Below are positions 36,283-44,951 of a DNA stretch of 64,000 nucleotides, in pieces. The position numbers were made by a program, and so were the translations under genes. Origin of the DNA: a virus (Duplodnaviria > Caudoviricetes); IMG/VR virus record IMGVR_UViG_3300044694_000083, positions 1 through 64,000 of that record; one strand, 5' to 3'. The notes under the pieces were generated by a model, which saw only the letters and a list, made by a program, of their open reading frames with translations, ran no database searches and had not been told where the DNA came from. Position 1 is the stretch's first letter. The number at the start of each line of letters is the position of its first letter.

Positions 36283-37341
36283 TCAGAACACGTCGTCATC
36301 CATGCCGGCGGCCTGAGTGGCTGCAGGCTGGCTGACTTCCTGTTGCTGGAGTTGTTCCGGAGCCGCCGAATCGCCGCCCGTTTCTTGAGCCTTTTCCGTC
36401 ACATTTTGGGCAGGGTCTTTCACCGGATTTACCTGTGCTTCAGCCGGCTTGTTCGCTTGGCGGGAGGCGCGCGTCGTCGTTGTCGCAGCGGCGGCCGCCT
36501 TATTCTTGCCAGCGGTCGCGGCGTCAGCGATAGCTTTCACGGCTCCGGCATCCTCGGCCTGGTCGCCGCCGATGGGGAAATACTCGGCGACGCTGGCGCC
36601 CTCTTTCAACGCATTGCCGATGCCGACCAGGTCGGCCAGTTCCTCGACGGTGGTGTCGTCGATGCCGTGGCCGAGGTGGGCCTCCAGGCGCTTGATGTTG
36701 ACGCCGTACTTACTGAAGGCCTGAACCACGCCTTGGATGCGCACGCTCAGCGGTTTCTCGCCGCCACCGGCCAGGGTCTTCTGGCACTCAGCGATGCCGG
36801 CCGCGATCATGTGTTTGGGCAGCAGCGCCAGGATACGGCCGCGGATCTGCTTGCTGGCGACGTTTGCGATGCGGTTGTCGATGTCGGCCTGGTCGCGGCA
36901 GGGCTTCGGCCCGTTTTTGGTGTCGACGATGTGCATCACAGTGATTTGCCGCGGACTGCGGTTGTTCTTCTCCTTGTCCCACGCATAGACCTCGACCTCG
37001 GACTTTCCGTCTGAGCGGGACAGCTCGCGGTGGCCATACTCGAAGTTGCCGTAGCAGCGCGCTGCCTCTTCGGCAAAGCGGATTGACGGCCCGCTGCCGC
37101 GGTTCGGGACTGCGTAGAAGGCGGTCGCGGCGAAGTCCGGGCTGCGGCAAGCATCCAGGAATTCCGTGATGGCGCCGGTCACGCTGCGCGGGAACATCTT
37201 CGCCAGCTGGATCTGGCCGCGCGCCTCGGCGACGGCGCGTTCGGATTCGATCGTGATCGCGCCGACGTTGGCGGCGGACCCTGCCGGCGCCACCATGGCG
37301 CGGCGGAACTGGTCGGATTCGTGGTGTACGAGGTCGTTCAT
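36283..37341 (-). CDS. Putative single-strand annealing / recombination protein
   Basis: AK.FPR, GPSIRFAE motifs; acidic DDDVF tail; operon with RecE-like nuclease. Confidence 0.55.
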   Translation of the reverse strand: MNDLVHHESDQFRRAMVAPAGSAANVGAITIESERAVAEARGQIQLAKMFPRSVTGAITEFLDACRSPDFAATAFYAVPNRGSGPSIRFAEEAARCYGNFEYGHRELSRSDGKSEVEVYAWDKEKNNRSPRQITVMHIVDTKNGPKPCRDQADIDNRIANVASKQIRGRILALLPKHMIAAGIAECQKTLAGGGEKPLSVRIQGVVQAFSKYGVNIKRLEAHLGHGIDDTTVEELADLVGIGNALKEGASVAEYFPIGGDQAEDAGAVKAIADAATAGKNKAAAAATTTTRASRQANKPAEAQVNPVKDPAQNVTEKAQETGGDSAAPEQLQQQEVSQPAATQAAGMDDDVF

Positions 37342-37396
37342 GTATTACTCCGTTTTGGTGAAGTCTTGATTATATTTGATTATTGATTGCCTGTGT

Positions 37397-38722
37397 TTAA
37401 TCCTGCGTCTCGATGGCGAATTCTTCTCCGCCAACGCGCGTCACGAAGCATTGCAGCCCGGCCGACGCAGTCTGCTTGCGCAGTTCTTCCAGGTTTGTCG
37501 GATCCAGGCACTCGATACGATCAACGCATACAACCCCGAGGTCGCCGGCGCGCAGCTTGGCCACACCGACGGCGATCTCGACCTGTTGCGCGGTGTTAAG
37601 GCGGTCGAGCGGCAGCCCGTCACGGAACACCTCGCCGTCGCGCACCTCAAGACCGCGGATCGGCAGGGACGACAGCAGCTCCGACTTGTAGGCCTCGATC
37701 GCTGCCAGGGCGTCGGTCTGGCGCTGCGCCTCGTCGCGCAGGCCCTGCAGGCTCTTCTCCATGTCGGCGACGATCGCCAGCGACTGCTCGCGCTTCGCGG
37801 CCGCGTCTCGGTTCGCGCGGATGACGGCCAGGGCCTGGTCAATCGGCCCCGTGGTCGTTGCGTACGCTCCGTGCGCCTTCTCGCGTGCGGCGCCGGCCCG
37901 GGTTTCGTTGTCGAGCAGGTCCGCTTTGATCGCGTCGACCTTCTCCTGGGCGGCGGCCTTCAGCGCATCGATGTCGGCCTGCAGCTGCGTGCGGACGGCA
38001 TCGATGTCGGCCTGCGCCTTCGCCTTGATGCCGTCCAGCTTGGTGGCGATCTTGCCGAGCGTGTTGTCGCGCGCAGCGGCCGCTTCCTGCACCTGCGCCG
38101 ACAGCTCTTCTTCGCTGCCTTCGACGCCACCGACGGCCTCCGGGATCGCGGCGCGCAGCTGCTTGATCGTCGCGTCCTTCTCTTTGACGGCGCGGTTCGT
38201 GCCGGTGCGCGCGTCGAACACCTGCTTGTGCACGGTCTCGAGCACGTGCAGCGCGTGCACGCCAGGTTGCGCGGTGACCTTGACGCCGGACAGTTCGGTC
38301 AGCTTCCGGGCGTCGAGCTCGATCGGCATCGACTCCAGCAGGACCTTGACCCGGTCTTTCTTGTCAGCGGCTAGGAACGCGACCGGGTTCACCGACAGCA
38401 TGTCGGTCAGGCCGCGGATCATCTCGGCCGGTCGCGGCACCTTCTTGCCTTCCGCGTCGCGCACTTCGGTGATGCTCTTGTCGGCGGTCACCCTCTTGAT
38501 GATCGAGTTGCCGTCGTCGAGCACGAACACGACCTCGCCCTGGTCGGCGCCGGCGCGCAACAGTGTGGCGTCGTGGCCGGGCGATACGGCCGCCTTGATG
38601 GCTTCCAGAACCGATGTCTTGCCGACGCCGTTCGGGCCCGAGATGCTGTTGAAGCCGCCCGGAGTCAGTTCGAGCTCGTCGATGCCGAGGATGTTGCGGA
38701 TGGTGAGGTGTTGGATTTTCAT
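37397..38722 (-). CDS. SMC/SbcC-like coiled-coil ATPase
   Basis: GPNGVGKTS, long coiled coil, LNTAQ...VDRIE. Confidence 0.8.
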   Translation of the reverse strand: MKIQHLTIRNILGIDELELTPGGFNSISGPNGVGKTSVLEAIKAAVSPGHDATLLRAGADQGEVVFVLDDGNSIIKRVTADKSITEVRDAEGKKVPRPAEMIRGLTDMLSVNPVAFLAADKKDRVKVLLESMPIELDARKLTELSGVKVTAQPGVHALHVLETVHKQVFDARTGTNRAVKEKDATIKQLRAAIPEAVGGVEGSEEELSAQVQEAAAARDNTLGKIATKLDGIKAKAQADIDAVRTQLQADIDALKAAAQEKVDAIKADLLDNETRAGAAREKAHGAYATTTGPIDQALAVIRANRDAAAKREQSLAIVADMEKSLQGLRDEAQRQTDALAAIEAYKSELLSSLPIRGLEVRDGEVFRDGLPLDRLNTAQQVEIAVGVAKLRAGDLGVVCVDRIECLDPTNLEELRKQTASAGLQCFVTRVGGEEFAIETQD

Positions 38723-38724
38723 GG

Positions 38725-39351
38725 TTATTTTTGGCCGAGAGCGGCCTTGATGAGTTGATAGGTTTGGGGTGCTGCATCCTTGTGTTTCGGGGCGCGCCAG
38801 TGCGGGATCTCGATATCCATCGCCACGCAGATCGCGTCCCAACTGCTGACCAGTGCAGCCCACTTCTTCGAGGCCTTGGCCATCTCTGGAAATTTCGCCG
38901 CGATCTCTGGCACCTGCTCGAGCAGCAGCCGGCAGCGGCGGAAGTCCCACGGGTCACGCGGGTAGTCCTGGATCCAGCCCTGCAGCGCGTCGAACCCGGT
39001 CAGGTAGGTGAAAATCGAGTTGCTGCTGATGCCGCGCTCGCCGCTGGACAGCCAGCGCGCGGCCGACTCGGACAGGCCGAATTTGGTGTATTTCGCGACG
39101 GCGACGTGGTCGACCGCCGGTTTCAGTTCGGCGACCAGCGCCTCGACGTCCTCCTGGCGGCCGAACGCGAAGTTCGCGCCCGTCATGCGCGCCAGTTCGG
39201 GTGCGATGATCGCGTCCGTGGGCATGGCCTTGGTGATGGCGCTGATCCACTTCGGCGGCAGTGCGCCTTCCACCATGACGCAGCCGCCGCGCTCGATGAT
39301 CGTGAAGCGGGTGATGCCGCTGGCGCTGATATTCGATGAGAAGAAATTCAC
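38725..39351 (-). CDS. Hypothetical phage protein
   Basis: W...GERGISS..P.D..DF.RC..LL motif. Confidence 0.65.
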   Translation of the reverse strand: MNFFSSNISASGITRFTIIERGGCVMVEGALPPKWISAITKAMPTDAIIAPELARMTGANFAFGRQEDVEALVAELKPAVDHVAVAKYTKFGLSESAARWLSSGERGISSNSIFTYLTGFDALQGWIQDYPRDPWDFRRCRLLLEQVPEIAAKFPEMAKASKKWAALVSSWDAICVAMDIEIPHWRAPKHKDAAPQTYQLIKAALGQK

Positions 39352-39366
39352 TTCGGGTCCTTTTGG

Positions 39367-40350
39367 TCAGAGGTAGACGGGCTCGCCGTTCATTGCCCAC
39401 GGGGGCAGATTTGCTTTGATGATCTCGCCGTTGTCGGTGCCGGGCCAGCGATTGGCGTCGCGGCACTCTATGAGGCGCTGCAGGTCGCGCTGATACAGCG
39501 CGCGGCCGATCGCGATGATGTCGTCCGTCAGGTAGTGGACGGCCACGTCGTACGGGCGCGTCTTCTGGACAGCGATGAAGCAGAAGTGACGCGGCGCGGC
39601 GTCGCCGTAGAGCATGAACAGGAGGTCGAGGTAGTATGCTGCCTGCACGTGGTACCGGCGCTGCGCGATCGTGCGACCAAAGCCGATCTCGCTCACGTCA
39701 TCCGTCGTCTTCAGGTCCGGCATGATCAGGCCGTTGGCCGTGATGATGTCCGGTCGGCACTTGCGCAGGATGCCCTGGTCGTCGGTCACGAAGAACGACT
39801 GCTCGACCTTGGCGCCCTCCAGCAGGCCAGCGGCCGTGTGGTGGTTGTTCACCGCGCGCAGCATGCCGAGCATGTTCTTGTATTCGGCAGCCGAGATCGC
39901 GATGCGGCCGGCCATGGTCTTCTCGTGCTGGCGCAGCAGCCAGGGCATCAGGCGCCCGGGCTCGAAGCCGTCCTCAATGAGGCGGTCGCAGAGCTCGCCC
40001 TTGCTGCCGCTGACCATCAGGCCGCGGGCGGTGCATTCCTTCTTGAGGTCGGCGACCAGGTCCAGCGCTTCCGGATAGGCCGACTTGTCGAATCCAACCG
40101 CGTACGTCTGCTCGAACGTGCCCGGCTCCAGCACCAGCTTGTGCGTGCCGTCGCCGACCGCAAAGCAGTGTTTGAACTCGCGCGGCTCGCGCTCCGGGTT
40201 CACAAACTGATCCCAGTAGTTCAGCGGGCTGACGGCGATCGCGTCGAGCTGTCCTTTCGATACGCCCGGTGCGGAGTGGTACTGCTCATTCGTCAGGTCA
40301 ACCTTGCCGTGCAGGTACAGCTCCTGCGGCTGGGCGGCTTGGGCTTCCAT
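39367..40350 (-). CDS. RecE/exonuclease VIII-like PD-(D/E)XK nuclease with SAP-like insert
   Basis: NEQYH, KCRPD, DLKTT, YHVQAAYY. Confidence 0.85.
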   Translation of the reverse strand: MEAQAAQPQELYLHGKVDLTNEQYHSAPGVSKGQLDAIAVSPLNYWDQFVNPEREPREFKHCFAVGDGTHKLVLEPGTFEQTYAVGFDKSAYPEALDLVADLKKECTARGLMVSGSKGELCDRLIEDGFEPGRLMPWLLRQHEKTMAGRIAISAAEYKNMLGMLRAVNNHHTAAGLLEGAKVEQSFFVTDDQGILRKCRPDIITANGLIMPDLKTTDDVSEIGFGRTIAQRRYHVQAAYYLDLLFMLYGDAAPRHFCFIAVQKTRPYDVAVHYLTDDIIAIGRALYQRDLQRLIECRDANRWPGTDNGEIIKANLPPWAMNGEPVYL

Positions 40351-40391
40351 AAATCCCCTTCATCAAATTTATTAGGATGGGGCAATTCTGA

Positions 40392-40403
40392 ATCATATTT
40401 GAG
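40392..40403. promoter_or_regulatory. Operator-like quasi-palindrome at the leftward early promoter
   Basis: ATCATATTTGAG; near-identical copies at 49255, 52224 and 58160. Confidence 0.6.
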
Positions 40404-40532
40404 TAATGCGCAAGTATCGCGTCCGCGTTTGTCTGTTCTATACACGCCACATCCCGGCTTTTCACGCTGGATCATGATAATCATTTTTCGCGCATTGTTC
40501 TTTTATTGTACAATTCGATGAACTACTGAAAC

Positions 40533-40784
40533 ATGAGGAGCAACGTGAATACGTTTGAACAAACATTCCAGCAGGCGCTCGACCAGGTCGAGAAGGATGC
40601 GAAGGAGGTCGGGATGACGATTACGTCCATCTGCCGAGACCTCGGCATCAGCCGCGCGACGCCGGATCGCTGGCGCAAGGAGCCGCCCAAGACCGTCGAG
40701 ATCCTGACGAAGATGCAGGGGATCGTTGCCGCGCGGCGCGAGCAGATTGCACGCGAAGAGGCCAGCGGCCTGCACCACGACTAG
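40533..40784 (+). CDS. Cro-like HTH regulator
   Basis: ITSICRDLGISRATPDRW HTH; divergent from the recombination operon; GTG 40546 is an alternative start. Confidence 0.75.
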   Translation: MRSNVNTFEQTFQQALDQVEKDAKEVGMTITSICRDLGISRATPDRWRKEPPKTVEILTKMQGIVAARREQIAREEASGLHHD

Positions 40785-40850
40785 CAGCACCCACGATAAC
40801 AATCGGCGCGGATAGGACGGAATCGAGCCGCGCCACATGAAAGAGACTGT

Positions 40851-43604
40851 ATGGCTGCTATTACACTGCGCCCGTACCAGGAAGCGGGCGTTGCCTCCAT
40901 TCGTGATGCGTTCCGGCGCAAGAACTACCCCGTGCTGTTCGTCCTTCCGACGGGCGGCGGCAAATGCCTCGGCAAGGGCACTCCCGTGCTCATGTTCGAC
41001 GGCACGATCAAACCTGTCGAAGATGTCAAGGTCGGCGACCTGCTGATGGGGCCTGACAGCAATCCCCGCACGGTGCTCTCGCTGGCGCGCGGCCGCGAGC
41101 CGCTGTACCGCGTGACGCCGACAAAGGGCGACCCGTATGTAGTCAACGAGAGCCACATTCTGAGCCTGAAGCGCACCAGCACGCACAAGGACCCGAAGTA
41201 TCCAAGCCAGGCGCGCGGCGGCGAGATCGTCAACATCGGCGTGCGCGACTACCTGGCCAAGAGCTCGACTTTCAAGCATGTTCACAAAGGCTGGCGCGCC
41301 GGTGTCGAATTCGCACAACACCAGTTTGAGCCTGCCATCGAGCCGTATTTCCTCGGGATCTGGCTGGGTGACGGGCACTCGCATATCGCCAACATCACAA
41401 CCGGGGATGAGGAGATCGTTCAATACCTGATCGACTACGCCGGCCGCATTGGCATGAAGGTCAGCTGGCTCGACAACAGCGAGCGGTCGATCGTTGTCCA
41501 GATGCAGGGCATAGAAATGACAGGCCGCGGCGGCACGGCGCTCATGAATGCGCTGCGTGAGCACGACCTGATCCGCAACAAGCACATCCCGCATCGGTAC
41601 CTGACCGGGTCGCGCGAGGAGCGTCTTCAGGTCCTAGCTGGTATTATCGACACAGACGGCCACTACACCAGAAAGGGCTACGACATCGCGCTCGGCAGTG
41701 AGCGACTGATGGACGACCTGATCTTCGTGGCGCGCTCGCTCGGTTTCTCCGCCTACAAGGCGCCCTGCCGCAAGACCTGCCACAACAATGGCGTGACGGG
41801 CAACTACTGGCGGTGCATCATCTCGGGCGACGTCGACCAGATCCCATGCCGCCTGCCTCGTAAGCAGGCCGCGAAGCGCCGCCAAGTCAAGGACGTGCTG
41901 GTCACTGGCATCAAGGTCGAGCCGATCGGCGATGGCGATTACTACGGCTTCGAGATCGACGGCGACCACCTGTTCATGCTGGGCGACTTCACCGTCACCC
42001 ACAACACGTACACATTCAGCTATATCGCTGCCAGCGCGGCCGAGAAGGCGAACAACGTCATCATCATCGTGCACCGCAAGGAGTTGCTGCTGCAGGCCTC
42101 CGCGTCACTGCGCAATCTCGGCATCGACCATGGCCTGATCAGCCCACACTTCACTCCGGCACCGCACAAGATGGTCCAGGTCGCCAGCATCGACACGCTG
42201 CTGATTCGCCTGAAGAAGTACATCGACCGCGCGGAGGCGGCAGCAGCAGCCGGCAAGCCGATCCCGCCGAACCCATATGCATTCAAGCTCTGCATCTTCG
42301 ACGAGGCGCACCACGTCATCCTGGCGAACAAATGGGGCAAGGTGTTCGAGCTCCTGGGGCGCCCGATCACGCTGGGTGTGACGGCCACGCCGATCCGCGG
42401 CGACGGCACCGGCTTGGGCGACGGCCACGGCGGGATCTTTAAGGAGATGGTCGTCGGGCCGCTGGTCGCCGAGCTGATCCAGATCGGCATGCTGATCAAC
42501 CCGACCGTCTACACCTGCTTGTCGCCGCCCGACTTCTCGGACCTGAAGGCGAACAAGGAGGGCGACTACAATGCGCGCGAGGTCGAGGAACGCGTGGACA
42601 GGCCCGTCATCATCGGGTCGGCCGTTGAGCACTACAAGGAAGTCTGCCCGGGCGCGACCGCGATCGTCTTCTGTGCCTCGATCAAGCACGCCAAGCACGT
42701 CGTCGAGGAATTCAATGCGGCCGGGTTCAAATTCGCGCTGCTGGTTGGTGAGCCAGAGATGAGCGACGCCGAGCGCACCGAGGTGAATCGCAAACTGGCC
42801 GCCGGCGAGCTGCACGGCGCGTGCACGGTAGCGCTGGTCGACGAGGGCTACGATCTTCCAGCGCTCCAGTGCTGTATCGGTCTGGCGCCGACGGCATCTC
42901 TGTCGCGGTACCTGCAGCGTGTCGGCCGGATCATGCGGCCGGCGCCCGGCAAAAGCTCGGACAACACCTGGTATCTCGACCATGTCGGCGACGTCGGCCG
43001 CCAGATAGATGGCGTGTTCAAGCGCAAGCACGGCTTGCCTGGCGACCTGCGCGAGTGGAGCCTGGAGGGGCGCCAGAAGGGCAAGAAAAAGAAGGACGAG
43101 GACGACGAGGTCAAAATGCTCCAGTGCCCGAAGTGCTTCCACGTGCACGACCCGGCGCCGGCCTGCCCGAAGTGCCAGCACGTCTACGAGACGGCCGCGC
43201 CGCGCCAGATCGAGCAAGTCGACGGCAAGCTGACCAAGGTCGACGCCGAACTCGAGGCGCAGATAAGCCGCGCGAACCGCATCGCGCAGGCGCAGGCGAC
43301 GACGGTATCTGAGATGGTCGACACGCTCGGCTACAGCCGCCAGCGCGCGCACGCGATCATGAAGGCGCGCCAGGAAAAGCAGGCACTGCGCGACGCGCTG
43401 CGCGACGACCTGGTCGCTTGGCAGAAGGAGGCCGGACAGAGCCCGCACCAGGTGCTGGGCATCTACCTGGGCGACATCAACTCGCTGAAGCCGGCCGAAC
43501 TGAAAGCGCTGCGCGAGCGCTTCGACGAGCACAAGCGGCTGCACAACAACGAACAGGCGGTCAGCGTATTCCGTGCGCACGCCAATCAAGAACTGAATTT
43601 CTAA
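40851..43604 (+). CDS. SF2 DEAH helicase containing an intein
   Basis: LRPYQ, PTGGGK|T, DEAHH, TATP, EGYD, QRVGRIMR, C-terminal CxxC-CxxC. Confidence 0.92.
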   Translation: MAAITLRPYQEAGVASIRDAFRRKNYPVLFVLPTGGGKCLGKGTPVLMFDGTIKPVEDVKVGDLLMGPDSNPRTVLSLARGREPLYRVTPTKGDPYVVNESHILSLKRTSTHKDPKYPSQARGGEIVNIGVRDYLAKSSTFKHVHKGWRAGVEFAQHQFEPAIEPYFLGIWLGDGHSHIANITTGDEEIVQYLIDYAGRIGMKVSWLDNSERSIVVQMQGIEMTGRGGTALMNALREHDLIRNKHIPHRYLTGSREERLQVLAGIIDTDGHYTRKGYDIALGSERLMDDLIFVARSLGFSAYKAPCRKTCHNNGVTGNYWRCIISGDVDQIPCRLPRKQAAKRRQVKDVLVTGIKVEPIGDGDYYGFEIDGDHLFMLGDFTVTHNTYTFSYIAASAAEKANNVIIIVHRKELLLQASASLRNLGIDHGLISPHFTPAPHKMVQVASIDTLLIRLKKYIDRAEAAAAAGKPIPPNPYAFKLCIFDEAHHVILANKWGKVFELLGRPITLGVTATPIRGDGTGLGDGHGGIFKEMVVGPLVAELIQIGMLINPTVYTCLSPPDFSDLKANKEGDYNAREVEERVDRPVIIGSAVEHYKEVCPGATAIVFCASIKHAKHVVEEFNAAGFKFALLVGEPEMSDAERTEVNRKLAAGELHGACTVALVDEGYDLPALQCCIGLAPTASLSRYLQRVGRIMRPAPGKSSDNTWYLDHVGDVGRQIDGVFKRKHGLPGDLREWSLEGRQKGKKKKDEDDEVKMLQCPKCFHVHDPAPACPKCQHVYETAAPRQIEQVDGKLTKVDAELEAQISRANRIAQAQATTVSEMVDTLGYSRQRAHAIMKARQEKQALRDALRDDLVAWQKEAGQSPHQVLGIYLGDINSLKPAELKALRERFDEHKRLHNNEQAVSVFRAHANQELNF
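40965..42005 (+). mobile_element. Intein (347 aa) with LAGLIDADG homing endonuclease
   Basis: Starts CLGKGT, ends THN followed by T; LGIWLGDG and LAGIIDTDG blocks. Confidence 0.92.
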
Positions 43605-43634
43605 CTGCGGCACGCCGCACAACAGGGGGCATCA

Positions 43635-44087
43635 ATGGCATCAGTCAACAAGGTCACGATTCTGGGTAACTTGGGGCGCGACCCCGAAGTGAAGTACATG
43701 CCCAGCGGCGACGCGATCGCGAACATCGCGGTTGCGACCAGTTATAAGACCAAGGACAAGAACACCGGTGAGTCGAAGGAATTCACCGAGTGGCACCGCA
43801 TCTCGTTCTTCGGCCGCCTGGCTGAAGTCGTCGGCCAGTACATGAAGAAGGGCAGCAGCATCTATGTCGAGGGCCGTCTACAGACGCGCAAGTACACTGA
43901 CAAGGACGGCATCGAGCGTTACGTGACCGAGATCGTGGGCGAGAACATGCAAATGCTTGGCGGTGGCGGCCAGGGTGGCGACAGCGGCGGCCAGGCGCCG
44001 GCGCAGCGTCAGCAGCAGCGCCCCGCACAGGCGCCAGCGGGCCGCCCGCAGTCGCGTCCGGCTGACACCGATGATATTCCGTTCTGA
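43635..44087 (+). CDS. ssb: Single-stranded DNA-binding protein
   Basis: [22 protein letters not shown]. Confidence 0.97.
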   Translation: MASVNKVTILGNLGRDPEVKYMPSGDAIANIAVATSYKTKDKNTGESKEFTEWHRISFFGRLAEVVGQYMKKGSSIYVEGRLQTRKYTDKDGIERYVTEIVGENMQMLGGGGQGGDSGGQAPAQRQQQRPAQAPAGRPQSRPADTDDIPF

Positions 44088-44093
44088 TCAGAA

Positions 44094-44321
44094 ATGATCA
44101 ATATCGAACAGCGACTCGACCCGGTAGTCGAAGCAAACCGGGCTCTCCTGCTCCAGCGCTCGCAGGTCGGAATCGTCAAGTACGGCGTCACGCTGGCCGA
44201 ATCCAGGTTGTCCGAACGGGCGCTGGTGCAGCACGCGCTCGAGGAGGCACTGGACCTGGCGAACTACCTGCAGGCCAGGCTGATGCAGATCGATGCGGCG
44301 GCCGCGGGCGGTGGCGCGTGA
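44094..44321 (+). CDS. Small MazG-fold-like protein
   Basis: G..KYG...HALEEALDLANY. Confidence 0.55.
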   Translation: MINIEQRLDPVVEANRALLLQRSQVGIVKYGVTLAESRLSERALVQHALEEALDLANYLQARLMQIDAAAAGGGA

Positions 44322-44770
44322 GCCGCGAGAACCCTGTACAGCGCGCCGGCTGGCTGCGCGCGGCCCGGCACGCTGTACTCTGGCGCCTGAACACGGGCAA
44401 GGCCTGGTTGTCTGGACTGGGCCCGCGCGGCGTGCACTGGGCGCCCGACCGGAGTCACGTGCGCATCGATGCGGCGCGCCCGATCGCAGTCGGCCTGGGC
44501 ATGGTCAACGGCGACCCGGTCGTCGGCGCTGGCGACCTGCTGGGCCGACTCTCGATCGTCATCACGCCGGAGATGGTCGGGCAGACGGTTGCAGTCTTCT
44601 GCTCGCTGGAGGCCAAGCGCACCACTGGCGGCCGCGTCAGCGAGGAGCAATCCAACTGGGGTGAGCAGACCACGAACGCTGGCGGAATCTACGGCGTCTT
44701 CCGGTCCGAAGAAGAGGCCGAACGCATCATCTTGGACTGGTGCGAAAAAAGAGGCGCAAAGCTGCCATAG
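44318..44770 (+). CDS. VRR-NUC-like nuclease
   Basis: G..DL.G...LEAK...GR...Q. Confidence 0.7.
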   Translation: MSRENPVQRAGWLRAARHAVLWRLNTGKAWLSGLGPRGVHWAPDRSHVRIDAARPIAVGLGMVNGDPVVGAGDLLGRLSIVITPEMVGQTVAVFCSLEAKRTTGGRVSEEQSNWGEQTTNAGGIYGVFRSEEEAERIILDWCEKRGAKLP

Positions 44771-44951
44771 CTTGCTCAAATACGGTTACAATCAGGATTC
44801 TTCACGGAAATTCCCAGTTTGCTTGCCGGCCTCATCGCATGCGGCTGGTAATGTTTCAAGGACGGGGGAGAGGTAGCTCCTCTGGCGCTACTGCTGGCGC
44901 CCTTTGCCCCCGTCTTCTTTTTCAGCAGGTACGTCCCACAGCAGAAGGACC

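Noticed and set aside
42105-43622. 505-aa minus-strand ORF
   Set aside because: Antisense shadow of the helicase gene.
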